DNA from: Minisyncoccia bacterium
GTDB lineage: Bacteria > Patescibacteriota > Minisyncoccia > UBA6257 > JAAZHW01
Direction: 5' to 3'
Assembly (NCBI GenBank): GCA_041550235.1
Contig: JBFEPE010000005.1
Location: 1 to 49,062, forward strand
Length of the DNA: 49,062 bases
The notes below the pieces were generated by a model. It did no database searches, was not told the DNA's origin, and was given only the letters and a program-made list of their open reading frames with translations. The position numbers and the translations under genes are program-made. Position 1 is the first letter of the stretch. Every line of letters starts with the position of its first letter. Shown here piece by piece: positions 1 through 9,403 of the stretch.

Positions 1-20
1 CGGATCCGCCTCTGGCTGGA
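1..20. repeat. Partial GC-rich mini-palindrome element (CGGATCCGCCTCTGGC)
   Basis: Same TCCGCCTCTGGC core as the copies at 29815-29836 and 38959-39010; the window starts inside it. Confidence 0.6.
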
Positions 21-224
21 AAAAACTCGTTTTGCCTCTATTTGAAAATCGGCAAAACTCAAACATTTGAATATATAGATCATCGCTCCCCATTCCTTAA
101 TTTGTTTCTATTTACTCTCTAGATATTCGAAATTTTGATTTCCTTTGGAGTTGTTAATATTACTTGCCCTTCCGAAATCTTGACTTTTTTTAAATATATG
201 CCATTGTTTATTATAGGAGGTATT

Positions 225-512
225 ATGAAAGTCAAATCTGAAAAAAAAGAAGAATACGAAAATGGGTGGATTTGCCGAATTAAATTTTCATCAAGCATCA
301 ATAAAATTCAAGATAGCATAAACGAATTAATTGATGATCTTGAGAGTGTGGGATATCGGATATTAGAAATCAAAATAGGATTCACTAAATCAAGGGGTGA
401 GAATAAAGATTTATTTATAGGCGTTGATGAAAAATTTTTCATCATCCAACAACTATTTTTTCATTTAGAAAGAGGAAATAAAGAAAAAAAAGGAAATTGG
501 CTTATTAAATAA
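225..512 (+). CDS. Orphan hypothetical protein (95 aa)
   Basis: ATG at 225 preceded by GGAGG (216-220) and TTGACT (180-185); followed by a hairpin and T-tract. Confidence 0.7.
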   Translation: MKVKSEKKEEYENGWICRIKFSSSINKIQDSINELIDDLESVGYRILEIKIGFTKSRGENKDLFIGVDEKFFIIQQLFFHLERGNKEKKGNWLIK

Positions 513-544
513 AATATTTGCCACCCATCATCCCACCAATCATC

Positions 545-591
545 TCGCCATCATCACCAATCTAAAAAGGTGGTGGTGGCGAATTTTTTTT
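545..591 (+). terminator. Intrinsic terminator
   Basis: TCGCCATCATCACC...GGTGGTGGTGGCGA followed by a T-run. Confidence 0.7.
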
Positions 592-815
592 AATTCAAAA
601 TCAAAGAAAGCAAATAATGAATTATTATAATATACCCAAAAAATAAATTATAAATTTTCTATAAATATATCATCAATTCCTCATCAATCCTTTCAGTGTC
701 ATTTTATATGATTTAACTAATACCAAAACCCACCACAAAACTTGACAAATTTTTTGTTTGTGTCAAAATGGAGGGGTTGTTAAATTAAAAATTAAATAAA
801 GATAGAGGAGGAAAA

Positions 816-1184
816 ATGAAAATTGATCATCCTGCAAGAATTGCCATTACCTCAATTATTTTTTCACTCAATGATGGTCCCAATTGCCTACACTGCATGA
901 GCCATAAAGGAGTTGCTGAAAAAATTAATCATGCATTAAACTCAAGATTAATGGGGCTATTGTCAGAAATTGAATTTGATAGATTGGGCAAACTACTGGC
1001 AATCAGAGATAAAGAAACATTTTTTATCCGCGATAGATCAAAAGATGATATAGAGGAAGAGCTCAAAAAGCATTCTGAGTATTTTGAAAATGAGGCATTC
1101 TTCTATTGCCGAGAAATTAAACTGCATAGACTTAACAATTGCATCAGTTTTACAGATCTTCAAGAAATTTTAGACCTTGTTTAA
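816..1184 (+). CDS. Orphan hypothetical protein (122 aa)
   Basis: TTGACA at 742-747, GGAGG at 807-811, terminator at 1204-1240. Confidence 0.75.
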   Translation: MKIDHPARIAITSIIFSLNDGPNCLHCMSHKGVAEKINHALNSRLMGLLSEIEFDRLGKLLAIRDKETFFIRDRSKDDIEEELKKHSEYFENEAFFYCREIKLHRLNNCISFTDLQEILDLV

Positions 1185-1203
1185 TTTAAAAATAGGCAAT
1201 GGT

Positions 1204-1240
1204 GAGCCGAGGAGAAATTTCTCCCGGCTCCTTTTTTATT
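1204..1240 (+). terminator. Intrinsic terminator
   Basis: GAGCCG...CGGCTC followed by CTTTTTTATT. Confidence 0.7.
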
Positions 1241-1291
1241 TCCAAAAAAACAAAAAAAGATAATGAAATAAAAACAATCACTCAGATAAAA

Positions 1292-3022
1292 CTAAATCGG
1301 GCAGCCGTTATTATTGGATGGACCAAATTGAGTAGGACACTCATCAACATCATCGGTTAATCCATCTCCATCATAATCCCCATAAGGGCAGCCATCATTG
1401 ATTCTTGGTCCGTAATCATTAGGACATGGGTCCATACTATCAATAATCCCATCTCCATCCGCATCATCAATTATTGGACAACCATTATTATTAGATGGAC
1501 CAAATTGAGTAGGGCACTCATCAACATCATCATTTAATCCATCTCCATCAGTATCAGAAATATTATGAACACAAAGACCAGTTGATTGGTCGCAATAATC
1601 AGTTGTTGTTGGATCCCCATCTTCACAATTTCTGAGAATATTTACACATTTTCCCTTGTCGCACATATCAAAAGTGCAAAGATCATCATCGCCACAAACA
1701 AAAGTGCTATAAATGCAAGAACCAGAAATAGGGTCGCATCTTTCAGTGGTACATAAATCATTATCATCGCAATCTTTGGCTATATTGCTACAAGATTTTG
1801 TTGTTGGATTATAACTATCAATAGTGCAAGGATTATCATCATCACAATAATAATCTATAGTTGTAGTAGAATCTTTTATTTGGGGGCAAGATTGACTAAT
1901 AATAGACACTTGAGATATCTCATCGGGGGAAATAATTCCAAATAGACCCATATCTATAGAATGCTCGGTGATTCTATTTTCTTTGACAGAGAAAAACTGC
2001 ATATCTGCTATGGCACTATGAATAAATCTAATGCCAACATTAAGACAATGACTCCCTTTGTTATTAAGGAATACCTTTAATTGATTATCTCTTTCATCAA
2101 AAAAGACATCTTCAATTTCTATATTTGCCATTGGACAATCTTTTAATTTATCAATTTTCTCCACACAATATCTTTCCATTTCTTCATATGAGGATTTAAT
2201 ATCTCCCGCAGAAATTGTATGTTTTATATTAGGACACTCCTTAACTGCAATAAACATTTCTGAAATTTCTTGAAAAAAGTTAAATGTTTTAATATGCCTA
2301 ATGGGAATTTTATGTTGAGTAATTTTATTAGCCAAAGCTGAGAAAAAACTAATTTCAGTTTTTCCATTATGAATAAGGTAAAAATTAATATCTAAATCTT
2401 TTTCTCCTTTGTTTTCGGTATACAAATTTATTTCTTCGGATTCGGGATTATAATACAAGCCATAAACAGAAATATCCGCCTCTGAGCAAATATCAACTTT
2501 TTTAACTTCTTCTTTTTCTTTTTCTTTTGGTGTCTCAGATTCTTTCTCTTCTTGTTCTATGGTTTCTTCTGTGGGAAATTGCTCTAATACTTTTTTACTC
2601 TCCTCTACAACCTCTACGATTTTGTCAAAAACTTCTTTAATGTTCTCTCCTTGTTTTTCTGCTTCGTCTTTTTCATTTTGGGCTAATTCTATTAGTTGCT
2701 CATATCTTTGGGTGGCTTTATTGATGGCTTCTTGTTTCTTTCTTGCAATCATTATTTTAATTTCCTCTATTTTTTCTTGGGCATATTTTAAGGCCTTTTC
2801 AGCCCTTTTCTTTTTGGAAAAAGTAAAAAACATCCCCATTCTTTCGCCAATTGTGTCCAAAAAATATATGGGGCTATCTGGGGTTAATCCTGCCTTTTTA
2901 TTTTTTGATATGGAGGAAGATTGATTGGGAGCAGAAGTTTCCCCTACATTATTTTCTTCGGCAAAAACGGAGGGTGTTAGCAAAAATGAAGAAATTAATA
3001 TTAAAAAAATAATTTTTTTCAT
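1292..3022 (-). CDS. Secreted/surface modular protein: signal peptide, DUF5667-like helical domain, two duplicated beta-rich domains, Cys-rich CDDxxxCTxDxC repeats, thrombospondin type-3-like Ca-binding repeats
   Basis: N-terminal hydrophobic signal; AGLTPDSPIYFLD motif; about four CDD..CT.D.C units; three DGDG..D..D.CP...GP...GCP units. Confidence 0.75.
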   Translation of the reverse strand: MKKIIFLILISSFLLTPSVFAEENNVGETSAPNQSSSISKNKKAGLTPDSPIYFLDTIGERMGMFFTFSKKKRAEKALKYAQEKIEEIKIMIARKKQEAINKATQRYEQLIELAQNEKDEAEKQGENIKEVFDKIVEVVEESKKVLEQFPTEETIEQEEKESETPKEKEKEEVKKVDICSEADISVYGLYYNPESEEINLYTENKGEKDLDINFYLIHNGKTEISFFSALANKITQHKIPIRHIKTFNFFQEISEMFIAVKECPNIKHTISAGDIKSSYEEMERYCVEKIDKLKDCPMANIEIEDVFFDERDNQLKVFLNNKGSHCLNVGIRFIHSAIADMQFFSVKENRITEHSIDMGLFGIISPDEISQVSIISQSCPQIKDSTTTIDYYCDDDNPCTIDSYNPTTKSCSNIAKDCDDNDLCTTERCDPISGSCIYSTFVCGDDDLCTFDMCDKGKCVNILRNCEDGDPTTTDYCDQSTGLCVHNISDTDGDGLNDDVDECPTQFGPSNNNGCPIIDDADGDGIIDSMDPCPNDYGPRINDGCPYGDYDGDGLTDDVDECPTQFGPSNNNGCPI

Positions 3023-3198
3023 ATTTTTGATTTATAAAAATCCCCGACTAAATTATCGGGGCTTTAAATCCTCTCAAATCATTTCTCTCTTTATATATTA
3101 ATTCTATATCAAAATATATTAAAAGACAATAAATGTGTTTAATAATAAAAAGAATCCCCTTAATTTATACTCGCGGGATTCTTAACGAGTTTTTTATT

Positions 3199-3537
3199 TT
3201 AAATCATATTTGGAGCATAGTTTTCTAGATCATAGAAACTGCCACCCCAAAAAACCTTCTTAAAGGAGGGCACCGTGATTGATAACAAAATCATCACGAT
3301 ACCTGTGAGTATAAGGCTAAGAGAATTCAATGCGAAGAACAGCCCCACCTTATTTCCATCAACAACTAAATTGAATAATGTGGCCGATCTAACTATCAGC
3401 AAACTGCCATTACAAAAAAGCATATCATAAGCCAAAAAGCCAGAAAAAAAGGTAAAAACAATAAGGCAAAGTCTTGTAAAAATTTTCCTTATTTTTTCAT
3501 TCTTGGTCCTCTCTCTACTAATTTCATTTGTTATCAT
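3199..3537 (-). CDS. Orphan membrane protein (about 2 TM helices)
   Basis: Hydrophobic segments; TTGACA-N16-TATAAT (3620-3593) and AGGAGG SD upstream. Confidence 0.7.
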   Translation of the reverse strand: MITNEISRERTKNEKIRKIFTRLCLIVFTFFSGFLAYDMLFCNGSLLIVRSATLFNLVVDGNKVGLFFALNSLSLILTGIVMILLSITVPSFKKVFWGGSFYDLENYAPNMI

Positions 3538-3692
3538 GATAAACCTCCTATTTTTTAATTTTACGACTCACACAGTGGTGAATTCTGCTCTCATTATATC
3601 ACAAATAAATGATTTGTCAATAGCAAAAAAATGGCTTATTTAAGCCATTTAGAATAGGTCTAATTTTTAGCAAACATGTTTTTCACATTTTT

Positions 3693-3763
3693 TGTCATTC
3701 CCGCGAAGGCGGGAATCTAAAAAATGAGAGAAACATGAGACTCCTGCCTTCGCAGGGGTGACA
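3693..3763. repeat. REPIN/dRS3-like paired palindrome element
   Basis: GTCATTCCCGCGAAGGCGGGAATC-spacer-GACTCCTGCCTTCGCAGGGGTGAC; inverted second copy at 25767-25853. Confidence 0.8.
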
Positions 3764-3806
3764 ATGAAACAATGAAGAGAGATTTCTATATAAGGGCTTA
3801 CAAACA

Positions 3807-3841
3807 ATCAAAACCCCCCGCCGAAGGCGGGGGGTTTTGAT
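3807..3841. terminator. Perfect GC-rich hairpin, probable tuf-rpsJ terminator
   Basis: ATCAAAACCCCCCGCC-GAA-GGCGGGGGGTTTTGAT. Confidence 0.7.
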
Positions 3842-3936
3842 AATGGAAAACAACAATCCAAAGAATCACAGCAATATCTCCAAAAAATCACAGCAATATC
3901 AATTAAGATAACGTCATTTAATACTTAATATCTATC

Positions 3937-4257
3937 CTACATCTTAATCTCAATATCCACACCAGCAGGAAGATTTAGATTCATCAATGCATCAACAACT
4001 TTCTGATTAGGATCCAATATATCAATTAACCTCTTATGAGCACGAAGCTCAAACTGGTCTCTTGAATCCTTATGAACAAAGGTTGCTCTATTGACAGTAT
4101 ATTTCTTAATCTCTGTTGGTAAAGGAATTGGTCCAACAATTTTAGAAACAAATCTTGAAGCAGTATCAACTATCTGCCTACAAGAATTATCCAAAACCTT
4201 ATGGTCATAAGACTTTATCTTGATTCTAATTTTTGACTTTTCTTTGGTAGTAGCCAT
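3937..4257 (-). CDS. rpsJ: 30S ribosomal protein S10
   Basis: [35 protein letters not shown] motifs. Confidence 0.98.
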   Translation of the reverse strand: MATTKEKSKIRIKIKSYDHKVLDNSCRQIVDTASRFVSKIVGPIPLPTEIKKYTVNRATFVHKDSRDQFELRAHKRLIDILDPNQKVVDALMNLNLPAGVDIEIKM

Positions 4258-4273
4258 AAATTTTTAACTAAAA

Positions 4274-5473
4274 TTACTTAATAACCTTTATCACAACTCC
4301 AGCTCCAACCGTTCTACCTCCTTCACGAATAGCAAACCTTTGTTGCTCTTCTAATGCAATTGAGGATATAAGTTTAACTGTCAACTTAACGGTGTCGCCC
4401 GGCATTACCATTTCTGTTCCCTCTGGTAATTGTGATTCACCTGTCACATCAGTAGTTCTGATGTAAAATTGAGGCTTATAACCATTGAAGAATGGGGTAT
4501 GCCTACCGCCCTCCTCTTTGGTTAGAATATAAACCTCACACTCAAACTCTGTGTGTGGAGTGATACTACCCGGAGCAGCAATAACCTGCCCTCTCTCAAT
4601 ATCCTCCTTCTTGAGACCTCTAATCAATATTCCAACATTATCTCCCGCTCTTCCTTCATCAAGTGTTTTGTTAAACATTTCTACTCCAGTAACGGTGGTC
4701 TTTTGAGTATCTCTGATTCCAACAATTTCTACTTCTTCACCAACTTTAACAATACCCCTTTCAACCCTACCAGTTGCAACAGTTCCACGACCTTCAATTG
4801 TGAATACATCCTCAATAGGCATCAAGAATGGCTTATCAATATCCCTCTTAGGTTCTGGGATATAACTATCCATTGCATCAACCAATTCATAAATTGGCTT
4901 TAATGCCTCATCGTCAGATGATGTTGCTTCTAATGCCTTTAGGGCGGAACCCTTTATCACGGGCACTTCATCGCCTGGGAACTCATATTTTGATAATAGT
5001 TCTCTAATTTCTGTTTCCACAATTTCAATCAAGTCATTATCACTCACTTGATCAACCTTGTTTAAGAAAACTATAATCCTTGGAACGCCAACTTGTCTAG
5101 CCAAAAGAATGTGCTCTCTTGTCTGTGGCATTGCTCCATCGGCCGCTGAAACAACCAATATTGCTCCATCCATTTGAGCGGCACCAGTAATCATATTCTT
5201 AATATAGTCAGCATGACCAGGAGCATCAATATGGGCATAATGCCTATTTTCTGTCATATATTCTTGATGACTCAAGGCAATAGTAATACCCCTCTCCTTT
5301 TCCTCAGGAGCATTATCAATCTGTTCTACTGCACTAGCTTTTTCAATAAGACCTTTTAATTTGAGACCGTGCATTATAGCCGCTGTCAAAGTTGTTTTTC
5401 CATGGTCAACATGTCCAATGGTTCCAATATTAACATGGGGCTTGCTTCGGTCGAATTTTGCTTTCTCTGCCAT
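4274..5473 (-). CDS. tuf: Elongation factor Tu
   Basis: [21 protein letters not shown] motifs; start trimmed to MAEKAKFDR at 5473. Confidence 0.99.
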   Translation of the reverse strand: MAEKAKFDRSKPHVNIGTIGHVDHGKTTLTAAIMHGLKLKGLIEKASAVEQIDNAPEEKERGITIALSHQEYMTENRHYAHIDAPGHADYIKNMITGAAQMDGAILVVSAADGAMPQTREHILLARQVGVPRIIVFLNKVDQVSDNDLIEIVETEIRELLSKYEFPGDEVPVIKGSALKALEATSSDDEALKPIYELVDAMDSYIPEPKRDIDKPFLMPIEDVFTIEGRGTVATGRVERGIVKVGEEVEIVGIRDTQKTTVTGVEMFNKTLDEGRAGDNVGILIRGLKKEDIERGQVIAAPGSITPHTEFECEVYILTKEEGGRHTPFFNGYKPQFYIRTTDVTGESQLPEGTEMVMPGDTVKLTVKLISSIALEEQQRFAIREGGRTVGAGVVIKVIK

Positions 5474-5786
5474 TTTTCTTTTTTTGATTAAAGTCGCTAT
5501 AATCCCGCTCTCCTTCAATCAAAACATTAATAATTAATAAGACGACTATTTATATTTGACAACTCAATTATTTAGTTATGAGATAATTGATAATCATATC
5601 ATCTTCTCCCAACTTAAATTAAGTATAATCCCTAAATCACGAAATAAAGGAGATATCTAAAAATAGATTATTTTGTAATTCAAAGGTATAAGTATCTTAA
5701 TTAAAATATTATCATTGTCAATATCCTATATATTCTAACCGATTATTATAAAAAAACAATACCAGCAATTTGCTTTGTAAGAGACC

Positions 5787-5820
5787 ATACACCCCCGCCC
5801 GCAAGAGGGCGGGGGTGTAT
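5787..5820. repeat. GC-rich stand-alone hairpin
   Basis: ATACACCCCCGCCC...GGGCGGGGGTGTAT between divergent genes, no U-tail. Confidence 0.65.
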
Positions 5821-5879
5821 TTTGATTTGCTTTTAATTGGCTTATAAATTAAAATATAATTGTCGTAAATAAATAATAA

Positions 5880-5973
5880 CCCGCCTTCGCCAATGCTTCG
5901 GCAGGGCAATGCCCGCCTTCGCCAATGCTTCGGCAGGGCAATGCCCGCCTTCGCCAATGCTTCGGCGAGGCAA
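5880..5973 (+). repeat. Three tandem copies (32-nt period) of the CCCGCCTTCG...GGCRRGCAA element
   Basis: CCCGCCTTCGCCAATGCTTCGGCAGGGCAATG x2 plus a variant; ends 8 nt before ATG 5982. Confidence 0.9.
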
Positions 5974-5981
5974 AGAAAAAT

Positions 5982-6752
5982 ATGGAAAATGAGACAAAAT
6001 CAAAAAAAGATTATTTCTTGCCCATCTCAATAGTATTAGCGGCTGTGATAATCGCATTCGCGGTTCTCTATACAAGCGGAAAGCCCGCTGATGATAATAG
6101 CACCGGCATTTCAGAAGATGAAAAATCAATTTCTATCGCTGAAGGCGATTACATCTTGGGAAATGAAAATGCAGAGATAACAATGTTTGAGTTTAGCGAT
6201 TATGAATGCCCAGCATGTGCTGCATTTCATAGCCAAATAAGACCACTAATATTAAGTTCTTTTATAGAAGGAGGAAAAGTGAAATCAGTGTTCCGAGATT
6301 TAGCATATCATGAAGATAGTCTATTCTTATCAAACTCAGTTTGGTGTGCCGGAGAGCAGGATGTTTTTTGGGAAATACATGATTTCGTATTTGGAAAAGA
6401 ATACTCCGACGGAGAAGCACCAACAAAAGAAGTTTTGGTAGAAGAAATCAATAATTTAGGTCTGAGTGGACAAGAATTTTCAAAGTGTTTAGATGAGGGA
6501 AAATATAATCAAGTTGTCATTGATAAGACAAAAGAAGGAAGAGAAATGAGTATGCTAGCTACTCCCATTACAGTTGTCGTGAAGGGAGATGCTTTCTCAG
6601 CCAGTCCAAAATATGTTTATGATGAGTTAAAAAAGGTTTTGGATGGAATTAGCACAAGCCCTGTTATCCCAATTTCCAATGGAGTGCTTATTGTTGGAAT
6701 TCAGCCATTTGATGTCTTTCAGTCGGAAATTAATAATTTATTAGGCGAATAG
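5982..6752 (+). CDS. DsbA/thioredoxin-fold membrane-anchored oxidoreductase
   Basis: N-terminal TM helix, FSDYECPAC, ATP (cis-Pro loop equivalent), GIQPFDVF; start trimmed past the repeat. Confidence 0.9.
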   Translation: MENETKSKKDYFLPISIVLAAVIIAFAVLYTSGKPADDNSTGISEDEKSISIAEGDYILGNENAEITMFEFSDYECPACAAFHSQIRPLILSSFIEGGKVKSVFRDLAYHEDSLFLSNSVWCAGEQDVFWEIHDFVFGKEYSDGEAPTKEVLVEEINNLGLSGQEFSKCLDEGKYNQVVIDKTKEGREMSMLATPITVVVKGDAFSASPKYVYDELKKVLDGISTSPVIPISNGVLIVGIQPFDVFQSEINNLLGE

Positions 6753-6773
6753 CACTTGCTTAATCATAATATT

Positions 6774-7013
6774 ATGGCTGACAAAAAAATAAAATTATAT
6801 TCATCTCCCGGTTGTCAATATTGTATTTTAGCTGAGGAATTTCTTAGGGGCAAAGGAGTTGATTTCGAGAAAATAGATATTTCCCAAAATCCTGAAATGG
6901 CTCAAGAGATGATTCAGAAAACAGGACAAATGGGTGTGCCGGTAATAGAAATGCCAACGGGAGAAATAATGGTCGGCTTCGATCAATTAGAATTGGAAAA
7001 GTTTTTTAGTTAA
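6774..7013 (+). CDS. Glutaredoxin-like protein (NrdH/YruB type)
   Basis: YSSPGCQYC, GQMGVPVI, VGFD motifs. Confidence 0.9.
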   Translation: MADKKIKLYSSPGCQYCILAEEFLRGKGVDFEKIDISQNPEMAQEMIQKTGQMGVPVIEMPTGEIMVGFDQLELEKFFS

Positions 7014-7054
7014 TTCAGTTTATAATTTAATGAATTGATGGTGAGATGAACACC

Positions 7055-7086
7055 AAAAAGCAGGCGAATATTCCCGCCTGCTTTTT
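7055..7086. terminator. Bidirectional terminator
   Basis: AAAAAGCAGGCG...CGCCTGCTTTTT between convergent genes. Confidence 0.8.
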
Positions 7087-7154
7087 GTATCTAATCTATA
7101 TACTACTTTTAAAAATTTACTAAAAAATATAATGTATTTAAAATATAAATCTAA

Positions 7155-8150
7155 TTATTTTTTGAAAATATGCTCGCGATGATACTTGAGATATCCTCTT
7201 CTTTTTTCAATTTGAGGAATAACAAATTTTTTACCATGTGCCAAATTTAATTTCTTTATGTTGAGAGGTGAAATATATGGGGAAATTAAAATAGACCCAT
7301 CATTTTCAAATGTAATAAATCCTTGATCAAAAAGTTTGTCATAGGTAGGAGTTAAAATAATTCCATTATTATGATCAATTTTTTCCTTATCGCTTGATAC
7401 ACTCCATGGCTTAATATGACTCGCCATAAGAATTCGCTCATCATTAACTCTTGTAATAATGCACTCCGAAGACTCTTCAAGTAATCTTTGCCTATATCCA
7501 CCCTGCCCAATTCTTGCCTTAACCAATTGCTCTTTTTCTTGTTTTGACAATTTTTTTTCTTCAATAGATTTTTCAATCTGCCTTTCTTTTGCCGGATGGT
7601 AATATGGATTAAATGAATAACTTAATAATGGTCTAAAAAGAAAATAAATATTATTGCTGGTATTTTTTATCTTTAAAATTGAGACATTAGAAATAATTGG
7701 GAGCATAATATTTCTGAAATATTCCCTGAAAATATCATCATATGAACGAATAAAATATCGCGATTTATCTTTTTCGCCAATAGCCCTTTCAAAAGAAAAA
7801 TATTCTCTATTTGATAAATTTTGAAGTTCAGAATAATAACCCCGCCAGTCACCTGATATATCTTTTTGATATTTCTGCTCCTGCTGTTCATATTCAAATT
7901 TTGAGTCATTAAGATAATTTTCTAAATCTTTTTTTAAGAAAAACCCCTCACTTTTAAAATCATTGAAAAAATCATCGAAATCCATAGTCTTTTGAGACCC
8001 AACATACAAACGAGCCTCACCACTACCACGACCAATTTTATTTTTCTTAACAAACGAATCAACGATTGGGATATTATCAATCTCATCAATTACTTCAAAT
8101 ATTTCATTATCAATCTCTATTAAATTTTTTGTGTCATCAGCCATATTCAT
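7155..8150 (-). CDS. HNH endonuclease (putative restriction enzyme)
   Basis: C-terminal RIGQG...C.IT...ASHIKPW...NGIILTPTYDKLFD HNH signature; adjacent to a methyltransferase. Confidence 0.85.
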   Translation of the reverse strand: MNMADDTKNLIEIDNEIFEVIDEIDNIPIVDSFVKKNKIGRGSGEARLYVGSQKTMDFDDFFNDFKSEGFFLKKDLENYLNDSKFEYEQQEQKYQKDISGDWRGYYSELQNLSNREYFSFERAIGEKDKSRYFIRSYDDIFREYFRNIMLPIISNVSILKIKNTSNNIYFLFRPLLSYSFNPYYHPAKERQIEKSIEEKKLSKQEKEQLVKARIGQGGYRQRLLEESSECIITRVNDERILMASHIKPWSVSSDKEKIDHNNGIILTPTYDKLFDQGFITFENDGSILISPYISPLNIKKLNLAHGKKFVIPQIEKRRGYLKYHREHIFKK

Positions 8151-8161
8151 AAATAATATAA

Positions 8162-9232
8162 TTATTTAATACCCATGCTTCTTAAAATAGCCATAAAAAC
8201 ATTAACGACAATACTATTGCCCGCTTGTTTATACATCTGAGTGTCGCTCACAACAATTTTGAATCTATCATCAAAACCCATCAATCGTAAGCACTCACGA
8301 GGAGTTAATTTTCTTATTTTGCTTTTTCTTGTTATATAATTATCTACCCCAGCACGATGCATCTTTGCCATTGTCGCAAGAAGTGGGCGAGCAACAGCAA
8401 GATCTGTTTCGGGCTTACTATGAAAATTTTTTGTTCCGCTTGATAAAACATATCTCTCAACCTTATTTGATAAAAAATATTTTTCATCTACTCGTCCAGT
8501 CGGCTCAAAAACAAAATCACCATGCCAATTAAATTGCTGATTTGCTTTTTGGCAAAGCGCAATCTGCCCGTTAATTTGTGTGTATTTTTTATCTAAATTT
8601 TTTTGGCTAGTCACAAATTTTATTCCCTTTTCCGGAAGATAATATTTATTTTCAATAGCATCCTCTAATAAATCATGCATATCAATCTTCAATTCAACAG
8701 GGTCTGGAAATTTAAAATTTTTTTTATTCCTAAATCCAACCACAAAAAGACGTTCTCTATTTTGTGGTATCCCATAATCTTTCGCATTTAATATCTTATG
8801 AAAATAATTATAGCCTAATTCTTTAAATTTTTTTTCAATAGCACCCCATGTATTCCCACTATCATGACTTAATAATCCCTTTACATTTTCAAAAATGAAT
8901 ATCTTCGGTCTTATCTCATCAATAAGCCTAGCAAATTCATAAAACAAAGTGCCTCGAGAATCTTTAAACCCTCGTCTTTTCCCCACCATTGAAAATGACT
9001 GACAGGGTGTTCCGCCAACAAATAAATCAATCTTACCTTTAAACTTCTTGCCATCTATATCCTGAACCAAATCAAACCAACGAGAATCATCGATGTCATA
9101 ATTGGCGAAAAAACTTTTTTTTACATGTGGATCGTTGTCGCAAGCAAAAATCAACTTGTGCTCAACCTTCATCCTCTTTAAAGCATGCTCTATTGCCCCG
9201 ATTCCACTAAATGCCGTTGCTAATTTCAACAT
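8162..9232 (-). CDS. DNA (cytosine-5)-methyltransferase
   Basis: FSGIG, GGTPCQSFS, ENVKG, QNRER, GNS motifs. Confidence 0.97.
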   Translation of the reverse strand: MLKLATAFSGIGAIEHALKRMKVEHKLIFACDNDPHVKKSFFANYDIDDSRWFDLVQDIDGKKFKGKIDLFVGGTPCQSFSMVGKRRGFKDSRGTLFYEFARLIDEIRPKIFIFENVKGLLSHDSGNTWGAIEKKFKELGYNYFHKILNAKDYGIPQNRERLFVVGFRNKKNFKFPDPVELKIDMHDLLEDAIENKYYLPEKGIKFVTSQKNLDKKYTQINGQIALCQKANQQFNWHGDFVFEPTGRVDEKYFLSNKVERYVLSSGTKNFHSKPETDLAVARPLLATMAKMHRAGVDNYITRKSKIRKLTPRECLRLMGFDDRFKIVVSDTQMYKQAGNSIVVNVFMAILRSMGIK

Positions 9233-9283
9233 AATAAATTTATTATATTTTCATTTATGAAATAAAATAATTTTCCCTTACTT

Positions 9284-9346
9284 TGCTATTTTATCACACC
9301 CCCAATACCTAAACTTGACTAATTTATTTGATTATGATAATCTAAT
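9284..9346. promoter_or_regulatory. Bidirectional promoter module duplicated at 13222-13284
   Basis: 26-bp exact match AAACTTGACTAATTTATTTGATTATG plus TATCACACCC, gapless at offset 3938. Confidence 0.7.
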
Positions 9347-9403
9347 GTTAGGTTTGGGGGAACAAATACCCCGATGATACAAACAAAAATAGGAGGTGTT
9401 ATT

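Noticed and set aside
5880-5973. CRISPR array (32-nt repeats)
   Set aside because: The repeats are head-to-tail with no spacers, no cas genes are present, and the unit belongs to a dispersed palindrome family.
5718-6129. ORFs 5718-5957(-) and 5842-6129(-), and N-terminal extensions of the dsbA-like, rpsU, mraY, lysS, pilC, tuf and dnaN ORFs
   Set aside because: They arise from stop-free palindromic repeats or AT-rich leaders; family homology starts at the downstream ATG. The in-frame ATG at 37565 for mraY cannot be fully excluded.
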